64,000 nucleotides of DNA from assembly GCA_010405405.1 (NCBI GenBank), contig MU004248.1, positions 1 to 64,000 on the forward strand, given 5' to 3'. Made by a program: the position numbers and the translations under genes. Source of the stretch: Microthyrium microscopicum (taxonomy: Eukaryota). The notes beneath the pieces were generated by a model, which saw only the letters and a list, made by a program, of their open reading frames with translations, ran no database searches and had not been told where the DNA came from. Below are positions 12,106 through 27,950 of the stretch, piece after piece (within the stretch, counting starts at the first letter, position 1; each line of letters starts with the position of its first letter).

Positions 12106-15100
12106 TGTTATGGATCTACTACTATTGATCCTATTATAACATTATTAGCATCCTCTATTACGTAATGCTAAAGGCTTAGCGCCTAAGGATTATCTAGTAT
12201 AGCTTACCTATAACTATTTCCTACCCTCTCTCTTAGATTCTTTATATTAGTTTTCTTAAATTATATCTACTATTAGCTTATACCCTTACGCCTATAGGTC
12301 CCTAATATAAAACTAATACCTTATACTATTTAAAAAACAATCCTAATTTTTAGCGTATTAAAATCTAAAGATTTAATACGTTTACCTATATAAATATAAA
12401 ATCCTATTTTTAGATCTTAGTAGATCTAACCTACTAGCGTAGTAAATACATAAACTCTTAACCCTTAACCCTACTAAAAGCTTAGACTTCTAGCGTCTAA
12501 TTAAAGGGCTTAAAGGACCCTAGTTAACTTAAAACTTCTACTCTACTAAACTTATAGGTTAATAATCTTTCTTTACTACTACTACTTCTTTTTACTACTA
12601 TACTTATAGTAAGACTTTACTTATTCTACTATACTATAATAAGCCCTAAAGATAAACTATAATAAATTAAACCTCCTACTCTTTTCTTTAAATTACTTAT
12701 TATATCTTTATAACCTATCTATACTTTATTTTAAAACTTCTTAGCGCCTATACCTACTACTTATACTTACTCTATATTAAATCCTTATCTTACTATAAAA
12801 GACACTAGTAAGACTTATAAGACCTATTCTATATCTTATCTTTATAAGTAATAGCAATTAGAGACTTAGAATACTACTTAGTTTATAATTATACTACTTT
12901 ATATTTAGATTAATAGTAATAATAATAACGCTACGATAGAACTATCTTATAGCTAAGCTTTATGCTATAATTCCTTATACTCTTATTATAGCTCTATAGC
13001 TAAGGCACCTCTACTATCTAATGTCCTAAAAATTATTAAAAGTAGCTATATCTATAGCTAATTATAATTTTAAAATAAAGGCAAAGAGAAGGTATTCTCT
13101 ACTAATTTTTTAATTGCTATTCTTTAACTAGTAGACTAGGCCTAGATTAAAGAGCTACTCTTAAACTACTAAATATCCTCTTACCTTATTACCTACTAAT
13201 TAATTACTCTAAATAAGAAGAATTAAGTACTCTTAGTATAACTCCTCTATAAAGAAGTTACCTTCTAAGCCTAAGAAACTATTCTTTTAGATAGTATTAT
13301 TAAAAGCGTCCCTCTAGACTCTATACTTATACGTTATACTTAAGGTAACTTATATTTAGAAATTATTAAGACTTATAAAGGATTCCTTTATAGTATTACT
13401 ATATTACTAGAACTTTAGTTTAAATAGCTACGTAGTTATATTAAATTAATCTAAGTAGCTAATCTCTATATTTAAGAGACCTACGCCTAATTAAATAATA
13501 TAATAAATGCTTACTAATACTATAAGTAAAGTATTAAAGATATAACTAATAAACTTAATAACGCTATAGTTGTAGCTAATAAAACATACGTAAAGGTAAA
13601 CTAACTTTATAAATAACTTAATTATATAATTAAAGCTAACTATAAAGATAATAAATATGTCTTTTACCTAGAGAATACTTATAATATAAATTAATAGGAA
13701 CTTAATAAAATACTTAATAATATTAAATAACTATATACTTTCTATACTAAGAAGCGTAATAAGATTATAGCCCTTCGCCTCTAGAATAAAGATCTTAAGG
13801 ATTAGCTTAGTTAGTTTATATATAAGTCTAAAGAGAATATCTACTAACTTAACTCTAATAATAAGTAAGTAATACCTCCTCTTTATTAATAAGTCTCTTA
13901 TATTTAAATTAATAACCTAACCCTAGTAGTATCTAGATTCTTAGCTAGTAGTAAAAGCAAAAAACGTAAATAAAGTAATTTAGGCAAATACTCTAGTTAT
14001 AACCCTAAATAATACTCTATATAAAAACTCTATATTAAGGACTATCTCTATAATAAGTAAGCCTCTTTTCCTATAGAACTAGACGCTACTATTTAAGTAC
14101 GTAGTAAGACTCTTAATATTACCCTTAGATTTGTTAAAGACTATACTTAATATAAATTACTAAACTTATACTTTAATATAATAAAGTTCTAGGAGGATCT
14201 AAATTAATATACTTAAAAACGCAATACTTATAAAGATACTATTACCTAGTTATAAAATTCTTTAAACTAAATAAAGAAGAATAAGAAGCTTACTCTATAT
14301 ATTACTAAGTTTAATAGTAAAATTGCTAATACTAGCCTTATAGAAGTAGATAAGGTTACTTATTTTAAATATATAATTATTAAAGAGATTATATAGTGCC
14401 TATTCTTTTCTAAAGCTACTACTATTACTAAATATATTAACAAGTTATAAGTTATTAACTAAAACCTTAAATACAAAACTAATAATAGTAAGAAACTATC
14501 TAGTAGTTAGAATAATAATAATAGTAACTAAACTAATAACTAAATTAACTACGTACTACGCTATAAAGTTACTCTTTATTAATATCTAATATAAGACTAC
14601 TACTATACTTAATATAACAAATGAGATTATAATTATAAAGATAAGAACTTAAAGTATAAGGGCAAGCTAGCCCTCTCTAATTTTAATATCTTTATTAAAC
14701 TTACTAGTATTTATCTATAGTAAGATAATACCTAACTATAAAACCTAAACTTATAGTATAATTACTTATTAATATATAACGATTATTACTACTAGGACTA
14801 AGGAAACTAGACGCTTCTTTATAATGCTACGTAGAGAAGCTAAATAAAATAAAAGCGTATAATAAACAATAAAAATGTTAAATAAAGGCTATTATTAACT
14901 ACCTAAGCGACTCTAAGACTAAAAGTAATCCTATAGGCATAGCTATTATCTATATATTAGTAGCCTATATTCCTATTAACTAATTACTAAAATATTCTAT
15001 TCTAAAGATAAGCTAATAGTAGAGTACTACTAGCAATATCCTTATTAATAATAACGCGTATACTAAAACCAAAGTCCTAATTAATATAGATAATAATATT

Positions 15101-18100
15101 TTTAGTATTATTAACTTCTACTATCTTAAAATCTATAGCATTCTATTAGTAGAGATAACCTAACCCTACTACACTAAAATAACTAATAACTACGCTATTA
15201 CAAAGATAACCTATATAGTAGCTATTATATTACGTATTAGTATTTATCTTAAATAGATTCTCTACTTTATAATAGAAGTTACTAACTATAATATAATCTT
15301 TAGTAACCTATAGGTAAATAAATACGAAGTTATACTCTAAGGAGGCTAACATATATTAGGTTTCTACTCTAAGCATTATATAAGGTACTATATAGCTTTC
15401 TATTACTTAATTACTATTAACTATAAAAGTTAAGTAGTTATAAATAAATAATAAGAAAGAACTCCTAATATCTATATAGTATTACTATAAGTCTTTATAG
15501 CTATAATTAAGCATAAAGATTACTATTTTATAGCTCTTTACTAAGAAGACTTTAAAGCCTTAAAAGAAAAAGAAGACCCTAACCCTATCCCTTAGTAGAA
15601 CGTTGCTAGTATTACTATAATCTCTACTAAAGACTATACTAAATAGCGTAAAAAGCTTAACTATAACCTACTAACGTAAGAGGAATTACTAAAATTAATA
15701 CTACTAGAATTCTATTATTACGTCTTCTTATTTAACTCTTACTAAGCTAATAAACTACTACTATACTAATTAGGTTTTAATTATACTATTACTATTAACC
15801 TAAATATAAAAGCACCTATATATAAATCCTATAGTATATCTTACTAATAGGTATAGGTCATTAAGGAATATATTAAGAATATACTTAGAAAAGGCTTTAT
15901 TTAACTAAGTACCTTTTACTATACTATATCTATATTATATATTAGCAAACTAGGTAGTAGTATCTATATCTATATTAACTACTATAGACTTAATAAGATT
16001 ATACTAACTAACTAAAATATATCCTTACTCTTAATAGAAATATTAATAAAGATCTATAAAGCAAAATTCTTTTTATAATTTAACGTTATTACTATCTTTA
16101 ATAATATTTAAATTCACGAAGAAGATAAGTATAAGACTATGTTCTTAATATGCTATAAACTCTTTAAAACCTTAGTAATGCTATTTAGTATAATAAGATT
16201 ACTAGGAAGTTTTTAATCTTATATTAATAGCGCTATATATAAATACCTTAATAACTTTATTATAGTCTACCTTAATAACGTCCTTATTTAGAGTAAGACT
16301 AAAGAGGAGTATATTACTTATGTTTACCTAATCTTTAATAAGCTTAAAAAAGCTAGACTCTACCTTAATATTTCTAAATCTAAGTTTATAACCTAATTAG
16401 TTAAATATCTTAGTATTATTATTATACCTAATAGAATCTAAATAGATAAAAAGAAAGTTAATACTATACTTAACTAGTACTACCTTACCTTCCTAAAAGA
16501 CGTCTAGATATTTCTTAGCTTTATAAATTTCTATTACTATTTTATTAAAGGATACTTAAAAATTATTATACTACTTACTATACTAACTAAAAAGGATGCT
16601 TCTTTATACTTCCCTTAGAATAAGACTAGACCTAAGAAATAAGTATTTAACGCCTTAAAGAAGGCCTTTACTACTACCCTAATCTTTTATTATTTTAACC
16701 CTAATGCTAAGACTTAGGTTAAGACTAACGCCTTAGATTAAGTAATAGTAGCTATCCTTTTATAAAAAGGCGTAGATAGTAAGCTTTACCTAGTAGCTTT
16801 TCTCTCTAAAAAGATAACTCTAGTAGAATATAATTACAATATTTATAATAAAGAGCTTCTTATAATTATATAGGCGTTTAAGAAATAAGAACCTAAATTA
16901 TTTTTAACCTTTAACCTTATATAAGTTTTTACTAACTATCTTAACTTATGCATTTTTATATTAACTAAAAAGCTATTCTACTATTAAGCTTAATAAGTAG
17001 AGTTCCTCTTCTAATTCTAGTTTAAGATTAAATATTATAATAGTCTCTTTAACATAAAAGCAGATATACTAACTTAGAAATTATAAGATCTTCTAAAATC
17101 TAATAATAATCTATAGATTACTTAATAAATATAACTAATCCTTTCTCCTTATAACTTTAATACCTACTATAAAATATCTTACTCTTATAATACCTAATAT
17201 ACTATTAAGATTACTATCCTCCTTATTAATAGTAAATAACTTATAATAATTAAACTTACTATAATTATTACTAATAAAGTTAACATACTAACTATAAAAG
17301 GTAAGTTAATTAATTAACTAACTATAGAAAGTTCTACCCTAATCCTAGGTAAGCTAATTAATTACCTTAAGATAAATAGTGCGCTAGCTAACCTAAAAAT
17401 ATTATAGAAAGATATTATTAAGGCTAGCTAATTAGATAAGCTTATCTAAGTAATCTATAACTCTAAGGTAGTATAATCATATTATCTACTATATAGTACT
17501 CTAAAGAAGAATTTAATTAAATTTAGAGACTACTAAGTACTTACTAATAGCACTATTTAATATAGATAATAACTCTTTATCTCTCCTATAGAACGTCTCT
17601 AATACTATACTATTATATATATATATAATTATAAAGTTATAGGTTATAGTAGTATAGCTTCTATATACTAGCGCCTTTATTAATTTTACTTCTAGCCCTA
17701 TATAGCTAAGGATATAAAGTACTATATTAAAGTATATAAGTACGCATTTTCTAAACTAGTTAAGTAAAAGAAGTAGGATCTTCTTTACTTATTCTTACTA
17801 CCTAACTATACTTAGTCTAATATTTCTATTAACTTTATAGTTACTTTACTACCCTATATTTATCTTAAGACTATCTACTACTATATTATAATTATTATAA
17901 ATAGACTAATACGTACTTAATAGTTTATTCCCTTCTCTAACTTAAGTATATAGATAATAGTCTTTACGTTTCTTAACTAAATATAGAAGTATATAAGATA
18001 GCTTAACTCTATCCTCTCTAACTATAGTTTATAATTTATATTTATATTCTAGCAACGTCTCTATAAGCATATTAATATTATTATCTACCTAATTACTACT

Positions 18101-19525
18101 TAGTACTTATAAGGTAATAGTATTATAGAAATATTAATTATAGTACTAAAAGCTTACCTTAGATGCTTTATTAACTAGTAATAAAACGACTAGGTAGGAC
18201 TACTACTATTTATTAAATTTAAAGCTAACTATGCTATCTACGCCTCTATTAAGATAAGTCTTTTTTATATACTTAATAGTTATTTTCCCTAATTAGGATT
18301 AGAACTAATACCTTTAAAAGCTCTCTTAGGAACTAAGCTAACCTAGACTAAGTAATAGCTTACTAACTAGTATCTTTATACCTATACTAACCTCTATAAA
18401 TACCTTTATAAATAGATCTTATAGTCTACTACCCTTATAAAAGAGTAAGCTAATAAGACTTATTAACTAGTACTAGACCTTAAACTAGGCAATTAGGTAT
18501 AACTTAACGCCTACTATTATAAATCTCTCTAACTATTAAAGTCTCTTAATAATAAATCTACTAGACCTTTTAAAATTATTAAAAAGATTAATACTCTTAC
18601 CTATAAGCTAGAATTACTAGAGAAGATAAAAATCTACTTAGTCTTTTACGCTTAGCTACTCTACCCTATCCCTAAATATACTATAATACTCTAAGAACCT
18701 AATAACCCTTCCTTAATTATAAACGTAGATAATAATATAGAATAAGAATAGGTAGTTAACTATATTATTAATAGTAAGATAGGCATTATAAAGGGCTTTA
18801 GCAAAAAGAAAGTCTTATAGTATAAAGTTTAGTTTATAGGATAGAATAACTAGAACTATAACTCTAACTAGTAACTATAGTTAAATCTTAACTCTTACCT
18901 AAAGCTAGTTACTAAATATTATAACTAGAACCTTAATAAACCTAAACTATACTCTATATTTATAGACTCTTAAAAGAAGAAGGAAGAGGAATATAATTTA
19001 GACAGAATTCCCCTAGAATAGTAAAAGGATACTACTACGCATACCTTAATACTTAGTCTATAAATTAAAGTATTTTAAAGATATCTTAAGGTTTATTAAT
19101 ATCTCTTAATAGTTACTTTAGTAGGCTAGAGGGCAGCATAAAGAATAGGTACGTATAGTAGTTATATATAAAGGAAGGTTATTATCTTTGCTTTTATTGC
19201 TTTTATATTTTATATTTTATATCCTAAAAAGCGTTAGAATTATAGGACTATATAACTTAATTATAGATCTTATCTTTTTATAAGTTTTTAGCTTAGGAGC
19301 GCTAATCTTAGAGGGAAGAGTATTATTATAGATCTATTACTATTAATCCTATTATAATATTATTAGCATCCCCTATTACGTAATACTAAAGGCTTAGCGC
19401 CTAAGGATTATTTAGTATAGCTTACCTACGACTATTCCCTACCCTCTCTCTTAGATTCTTCGTATTAGTTTTCTTAAATTATATTTACTATTAGCTTACA
19501 CCCTTGCGCCCATAGGTCCCTAACA
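12106..19525 (+). mobile_element. Element D: full-length (7.4 kb) RIP-degraded chromodomain Ty3/gypsy inserted at the protease region of C
   Basis: 202-bp LTRs at 12106-12307 and 19324-19525 (TGTTAT..CTAACA); TSD GTTAA at 12101-12105 and 19526-19530. RT relic VYLNNVL at 16265-16285; PPT GAGGGAAGAG at 19311-19320. Confidence 0.95.
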
Positions 19526-22500
19526 GTTAATTTACTATTAAAGGTATTAAAAAAAGCTCTATAACTATATTTTAAGTAAAGAACTTTTAACGTTATCTTA
19601 AAATAATATTTTTATAATTTTCTAGCTTAGTATTACGTCTTTAATCTAAGCTTACTAGTTTTCTAATTCTATATTAGTAATATTATATAAATTATTATAA
19701 GAGTTATTATTTCTTAGCTAAGTAGTAGTAGCTCTTACTAGCTAGCTACTCTAAGGAATATTTAGAACGTTAGTAGTATTAGCCTAGAATCTACTAGTAT
19801 TATTTTATAAGTATCTACTTCTAATAGTATCTTCTTTACCTTATTCTTATTTATAACTAGCCTAGCTATAGGAGGAATTCTAACTTTTAGATAACGCTTA
19901 AGGTACCTATTTATAATTCTAAATTTTATAATTAGCTAAGTTATAGTAAAAATAAAAGTTATTTTACTTATAGTAGTTACGCTAGGCTTAGCTAGCTCTA
20001 ACCTAGACGCCTTTTATTATATCTAGGTCTTAATTCTTAGATAATTAACTCTACTAAGTACTTATTTTAGCGCTTAAGCCTTTTAGGCTATAATAATTTA
20101 TATAAGCTTAAACTATTTAATCCTAGGTCTTTAAAGCTTTTTAGGTAAAGATATCTAAATTATTAGGCTAGGAGTAAGTAATTAAAGCTATCTTAAGACT
20201 AGAATCTATAGTATTTTTTAAGAACTATATCTAGATAGAGGTAGCTTAAAATTATACTCTAGTATAAATAAGATTGTTAAGAATTAAACTTAATAGACTC
20301 TCTAAGATAGGCATTATGGCCTAAGTGCCTTAGCCTAATAGCTATTAGAAGCTAGCGAAGCTACTTCTTTAGCTTTAGTATATTCTATAGTTAAGAGAAC
20401 TAATAAGTTCCTAATTATTATAATTAGTAGCTAAGTATACTTCTAAGATAGCTTAGCTTATAGATAAACTACTCTAGCTTAAAAAGAAACCTTAAAGGTT
20501 CCTAGGTAATAAGATAGAGGCTAAGGAATTTCCTTATAATTTCTTAGTAATTACTCCTATCCTTATTTCTATATGCCTAATCTATTAAGTATCTTATAAC
20601 TTTTTTACTTACTCTATAACCTTAATTTTTAATATTATAATTGCTTCTTACTAATAAAGTACCTATAAAGCTTTTCCTTTAAAATACTATAATTAGTTAT
20701 AAGTAATAAACTAATGAAACCTAAAAGTAAGGCTCTTAAAGCAAAACTAGCTAGATTAAATCTAGCTATACTAAATATAGCTATACTAACTCTAATAGAA
20801 CTAAGTAGCTCTATAGATAATACTACTAATATAGAATAAGCTTATCTAAAACTAGTAATAAATATAAAAGAAACGCTAGAATAGTTATAAGCTAAAATAT
20901 AGTAAATATATAATATGCTTAAGATTAAATAACTTAAAGTAATAAAAGTAGCTTATAAACGTAAAGAACTTTACTTAGTTAAATAGATCTATAAATAAGG
21001 TTAATATAATGCTAGCCTAGCTATTTTAGCCTATATTAAATATAATAGCTCTAAATTAGCTTATAGTAGTAATAAATTATAAATATATAAAGCTAAAAGC
21101 TTATAAAAGTATAAGGATTAGGTCTTTAATATAACTAATATACTTACTATAAAGAAATATAAGGAAGACTTATACTTAGTAGTCCTCTAAGCCTATAATT
21201 ACCTTAATAAGGAGGTTATATAACCTACTTAGAATAATTATATTAATTTCTAGACCTAGTTAGCTAAATTAGACTAATATAAACTTACGTAGGCCTTTAT
21301 AGAATAATAGGCCCTTAAACTCCTTAGTTTATTTATTAAGAGGTATTATAAGGCCTTTTAGAGCCTCTTAACTACTATAATAGGGAAAAAGACCTCTTAA
21401 AAATACTTTAATAAGCTTATGCTTCTCTTTTATAAGTATAAGATTAATAATATATTAATTTACTTATTATTCTTTAGTAATAAACTATTTACTTACCTTA
21501 GAAATAATATAATCTTTAACCTAGACTATATAATTAAGATAGCTAAAAAAGCCTTATCTTAATATATTTTAAAGCACTTAAGACCTATTAGTAACTAGAA
21601 AATACTAACTACTTTTAAGAAAGATACTAGAGATAGTAAATTCTCTAAATAGCGTTTAACATCTATAAATCTAAAGAATAAGACTTAATAAAGTTTCTAA
21701 AGAAATAAGTTAAAAAAGTCTAGACTAAGCCTTTTTAATAAGGCTTTAAAGCTAAATAAACTAAAGAGTAACGTAACGCCTAAAATTAAATAGCTATTTT
21801 CTAGTAATCTTAGTAAAGGTAAGTACTAGAACTATACTAAGATAGGCTATATAATTTATAACTATCCTAACCTAAAGCTAAAAGAAATTAAAGGAAAAGA
21901 CTAAGCTATAAGGTAGCTAACTAAGATCTTATAGCTTTTATTATAAATAATTTAGTCCTTAACCTCTTTAGTAACTTTTATAAAATTATTATTACTTAAG
22001 TCTTAGAAGTAGTAAGGAATAAGAAGATTTTAAATAAAGAGGTATACTAATTAAAGAAATTATACTAAATTATTCTATAAGGAACTACTTAGAATTAAGT
22101 AGGCTAAGATTATATGCTATAGAGTATAATAATAGATAGTAAAGCCTATTTTAATATTATAAACTATACCTTAGCTAAGAAGCTTTAATTAGAAATATAT
22201 TATCTCTTAGAAGAGTTAGCTAAGTACTTAAATAGTATGCCTATAGCTATTTATAGAGTAGTAATTACTAAAGTTATAGTAGTTAACTCTAATAAGATCC
22301 TAAAGACTAATAAAGTATTATTTTGTATTATAAACTTACTATACTATATAATTATTATAAAGATGCCTTAGCTTAAAAACTAGAACCCTTTATTAAACTT
22401 TAAGGCTAAGACTTTATTCTTTATTTATTTAGAAGATAACTATTATAGTAAGATTAGCTTTATCTCTCTAGAGGAGTTACTCTAATTAAGTTAAGATAGA

Positions 22501-25500
22501 TCTACTTAGCTCTTTAAGTATTTAGTAGGTTTATTAGACTATATTAGTCTATAAGACTTATTATATTACTATAAGAAGCTTATAGAGGCCTTTAGTAAGG
22601 ATAAAGTATAGAATTTAGTAGAATATAGTCTATAGAACCTAACTATTAATCTTAAGCTAAGTATAAGTATACCTTACTAGCCTATTTATAGCCTATTAAA
22701 AGCAAAACTAGTTATTCTATATAAATACTTTAAGAGAAATCTTAAGAGGAGATTTATTTATAAATCTTAGTCTTCTACTAAAGCTCTAATTATTTTTATA
22801 AAAAAAAAGGATAGTACTTTATATCTATATATAGACTATAAAAGCTTAAATAATATTATAGTTAAGGACTATTATACTCTACTACTAATTAAAGAGTTAT
22901 TAGACTAACTATTAAGAGCTAAGCTCTTTATAAGCCTAGACCTTTATAAAGTATACTATTATATTTATATTTATACTAATAATAAGTAGAAGATAGTATT
23001 CTAAACTAAATATAAGTTTTTTAAGTACTAAGTAATACTCTTTAAGCTTACTAATACTTTTACTACTTTCTAAGCGTATATTAACTAAGCTTTATATAGC
23101 TTTATTAATATAACTTATATTATCTACTTTAATAATATTTTTATCTTTTTTAAGAATAAAGAAAATTATATTAAATATATAAAGAAAATACTTAAAAGAT
23201 TTATTAAGTTTAAGTTATACGCTAAGCTATTAAAGTATAGCTTCTATATAGACTAAACTAAGTACCTTAGGTATATTATAACTTTAGATAGTACTATAGT
23301 AGAGCTAAAATAGATTATAATAATTATAAATTAGCTAATACTACGTAATATATACTAAGTAAGAGAGTTTATTAACTTTATAAATTACTATTAATATTTT
23401 ATTACTAACTTTTCTTATATTACTTTTCTATTAAACTTTTTAACTAAGAAACTTCTAGGGTAAGCTTTAAAAAGCTAATAGCTATATAATAAAGAATTAG
23501 TTCTTATTAATCTCTTTTCTAAAGCTATTTAATTTTTTAATAACTTAAAAGCTACCTTTACGCGTATATTAATCTTTACTTACTATAATCCTATATTAGA
23601 GACCTATCTAGAGATAGATACCTCTAGGTAAGTAATCTATAGTATTTTAAGCTAAAAGTAAACTAAGCTAAGCTAAGAAGGCTAATAGCAACTTATAGCG
23701 TTCTACTTAAGAAAGCTATTAGGATTTAAGAGTTGCTATAAGACTTTATAGTAAAAGTTCCTAGCTATTATTAACTTTATAAGAGTCTTTTATAAGTACC
23801 TATATAGTATTCTAAAGTTTTTAGTCTTAATAAATTATATAAATCTTTATTTACTTAATATATCTTAAAATATCTCTACTATATATATAAGATAGGTAGA
23901 CTTTCTTACTAAGTTTAAGTTTAATATTAAGTATTATTTAAAGAAAATAAACCTTATAAATAGATTCTTATAGAGACTAGACTACGTCTCCTTAAGTAAT
24001 ATAGAATAAAAAAGAATTATAGATACCTTATTAAATCTTATCTAAGATAAATTATAACTATCTAAGGCTTCTAAGCTAGATAAAGACTTAGTTAGGTTTA
24101 TTAACGCTTTAGTTATATCTATTAGTACCTTATTATAGTACTTAAGAAATAATTCTTAGAAAATAGATATTATTACTACGTTAAATATACCTAATAGCCT
24201 TTTTATTAAGCTAATAAAAGATAAATAAACCTATCTATAAATAGAGGTTACTATAGAGGATAGTAAAGTCTAAGTCTTTTAACGTTTTTATAACAACTCT
24301 TTAGAAAGAGGCTATAAAGGCTAACGTAAGATATTAGAGAAGATTTAATACTATTATACTTAGGATAATATTAATAAAAATATCTAAAAGTACTACGTAG
24401 CCTATTTAGAGTATAAATAAAATATATTTATTAAATAAAGCTAAAATAAGCTTCTTTTATCTCTACTAGTACTAATAGCTCCTTAAGAAGATATTATAAT
24501 TAATTTTATTACTAACTTACTCTTAAGCGTCTTCTAAGGATAGCTATATAACTCTATTATAGTAGTTATCTATAAACTAACTAAAATAGCTTACTACGTA
24601 CTCTATTATAAAGATATAGACGTAAATAATCTTACTAAGCTTTTCTTATATAAGGTAGTATAACTTTATAGCGTACTAAATATAATTATATTTAATAGAG
24701 GCTCTATATTTATCTCTAAGTTTTAGAATATATTCCTTTACTACTTAGGGATCTAATAAAAGCTATTTACTATATTCTAACTCTAGATAGATAAGTAAAT
24801 AGAGTATTAAAACTAAAAGATTAAGTACTATTTATATATTTATTATAGCTAAGAGTAAAATAATTAAGCTAAAAAGCTTAATTCTACTAAGTTTATATAT
24901 AATAATAGTATATATAGCTTAACTAGTATTACTCTATTTATAATATATATAGGTAGGTACTTATATATACTAGAAATATCTAAAGAGTACTTAATAGATA
25001 CTATTCTTAACGTAAAGGAACTAGTAAAATATATTTTATTTCTTTAGAGAGTCCTTTAGGCCTATCTAGAGAACGTTTAAACTCTATAAGCTAAATACTA
25101 TAATAAAGGCTATAAAGACGTTACCTTAAAGGTAAATAACTAAGTTCTACTTAATATAAAGAATATTAGAATAGCTAAGTCTAAAAAAAAACTAGATATT
25201 AAGTATATAGGCTTCTTTAAAGTAATAAAAGTTATTAATTATAATACGTATTATATTAATCTACTTAAAGACGCTCTAGTTTATAATATCTTCTATATTT
25301 CTTTATTATAATAATATATATCTAATATACATTTCTTATAATAAATAGTCTTACCTTAGAAAACCTTAAACTTTAAAAAGACTAATTACTATAAAGTTAA
25401 AGGCGTAATTAAATATAAGGTTAATAAAGATAGTACTTATTACTATAAAGTAAAGTAGAAGAACTACCTTATATTTAAAGTAAGCTAAGAACTTACTAGT

Positions 25501-26199
25501 AATTTCTTTTTAGTTACGCTAAAGTACTACTAAGAGAAGTTAAAGAAAAAGAATATCTTCTTAGCTAAATTAATTTTAATAGGAGTAACTAAATATAACT
25601 TAGAATAACTTAATTTAGATAAACCTTATTTAGAGCCTAAGAAGCTAAGGAGATATTTAAAAAAGCCTTTAGCACCTACTAATTCTATACTAGCTAAGAA
25701 AAGGCTAAGTAGACTAAAATAATTATAATAAGACTTAAGATAAGCTTCTTTTTATAGAGAGGATAAGTATAAAAGTATAATTACCCTATAGTATATATAA
25801 ATATATAATAATAATTTATCTTACTTATAATTAAGATAAGCCTATTTAGATAAAACTAAATAGTACTTAGATAGTACTATTATAATACTTTAGAATAAAT
25901 AGGTTCCTATAGATATATATATAAATATAGTTTAAACGAAAAAGACTTAGAGAAAATTTAGAACTAAATAGAAAACTAATTTTAAACCTAAACTTAAAAC
26001 TATTAATATTACTTTAGCTTTACTTATTAGCTTTTAAAAAGGTACTCTTTAAATACTTTAAAATAATAATTCTAGGTTTATAGAGATATACTCCTAGGTA
26101 CTATTTAGGTTTATAAGAAAGGACTTAGAAATTTAAGAAAGTATTTTATTAAAAGAAACTATCTTATATTATTTATATAAATTAGTTTAAATAGAACCT

Positions 26200-27950
26200 A
26201 ATAGCTACTAAGTACTAATAAATAGCTTATAATAAACCTAAAATATAACTAACCTTACCTATTAGATACTAAACGTATTAACCTAATGCTAGATATATTT
26301 ACTAGATACTATATTTACTCTTTAGACTCTTTAGACTCTTTAGACTCTAAATTATTATCCTTAGAATTAATCTAACTTATTATAACTAAATAGTAATAAA
26401 GAACTACTTACTTATTTATTCTAAGCTTATATTTATTAATCTAGCTCTAAAGGGTTATAAACTAACCTATATTAAAAGCCTTCTTTTTCTTTTTAGCGCT
26501 ATTAATTTATTAAGAAATAAGTATCTTTATAACGTTAGTAAGGTTGCTAATTTAACGTAATAAAGTACCTATAACCTAGAATAGAGTTAGTTAGAATCTA
26601 AGTAATATAATTAGAGTACTTATATTCTTTTAGCTACTATTTATAAGTAGTTTAAATTTATAATAATAGGTATAGAGGTTATTATAGCGCTTAATATAAG
26701 TAATATTAATAATAATTCTAAGTAAAGCTACTTTAGAGTAATAAGTAGCCTTCTTAGTTATAAGAACCTTCTTACTATTTCTATAATATACTAGTATTAT
26801 ATAGATACTATTATATTTATCTTTAGCAATACTAGAATATAAAGGAAAGATATTATTCGTAGCATTAATATAGATATACTTATTTATATTAGTTTAAATC
26901 TAAGTATAATAAGAAAGTTTACTTATGTTTAGATAGCTTCTATAATATCTTTATTAGTAATGCGAACTACCTTTTTAGTATAAAGAAGCTAATCTATGTT
27001 ATACTTACTTAAATTGCTATTATAGGTTTGCTAGTAAAGTATATAGACCTTTATTACGTTATAACGCTTCTAAAGAAGGTCTTTAGTAATACCCTTCTTA
27101 TAAGAGATAACTTAGGAAATAATTAGTAATGATTAGATTTAAATTAAATTAATTAGGAATAACTTACCTTAAGATACTATTAATAAGACTTTATAGTCTT
27201 ATAGATTATATAGTAGTAACTATCTTAAACCTTAAAGGCTAAGGCGTAGTCCTTAGAAGCTATATAGTACTAATCTTTTAGATTAGTATATAGAAAAGTT
27301 TTAGCGTATACTTTAGTATATTACTAATATAAATTAAGTATAAGAAACTATTTAATAATTAACTTAGCCTTATTCTTATATAGAATAAACTTATCTATAT
27401 TAGATAGTTTTATCTTATTATTATTAAAGTTATATAGAAGATATTTACTATCTAATTAACTATAATTAATTAATACGTTATAAATAAGGAAGGTCTAGTA
27501 TAATTTAAACTAAGCCTAAGCCTTATTAATACGTATAATACTATTATTATATATTTACTTTGCGTTAGGCTAGAAAGGTTTAGATTTATTATTATAATTA
27601 TACTTAGGAGCCTTTCTCTTCTTTTTAGCTTAGGTAATATTCTTTTTAATCTCTTTAGATTTAGAAGGCTTTAAAGAGAAGTAGCCTAAACTTAATAGTT
27701 TAATATAGTTATTATTAGTATTAATTTAGGTACTATTAATGAATTTAATCTTATTAGTTACCTTTTTAATAGTATTAGTATTAGTAGAATTAGCTAGTTT
27801 TATAACGTTAGTAATTAAAGTCTTTAGTAAAGTAGTAGTATTCTTAAAGACTTTAGAGGTATCCTTAGAGACCTTAGAGGCGTTAAATAGAGATAGACTA
27901 AGTCTATTTAAAGCCTTATTAGCTTCTACTTTATTCTTTATAGTAGCTAT
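26200..27950 (-). pseudogene. Putative RIP-decayed intron-containing cargo gene antisense to element E
   Basis: Minus-strand frame from 27950 reads IATIKNKVEANKALNRLSLSLFNASKVSKDTSKVF... with only TAA/TAG stops. Donor-like GTAAG motifs at 27167 (ACTAAT branch, AG at 27111), 26411 and 26258. Boundaries approximate. Confidence 0.5.

Noticed and set aside
19068..19132. Hammerhead ribozyme in the conserved D/F element (CTAAAGA as RIPed CUGAAGA)
   Set aside because: No properly placed GAAA and stem III could be found even allowing RIP; kept only as an unspecified structured RNA.
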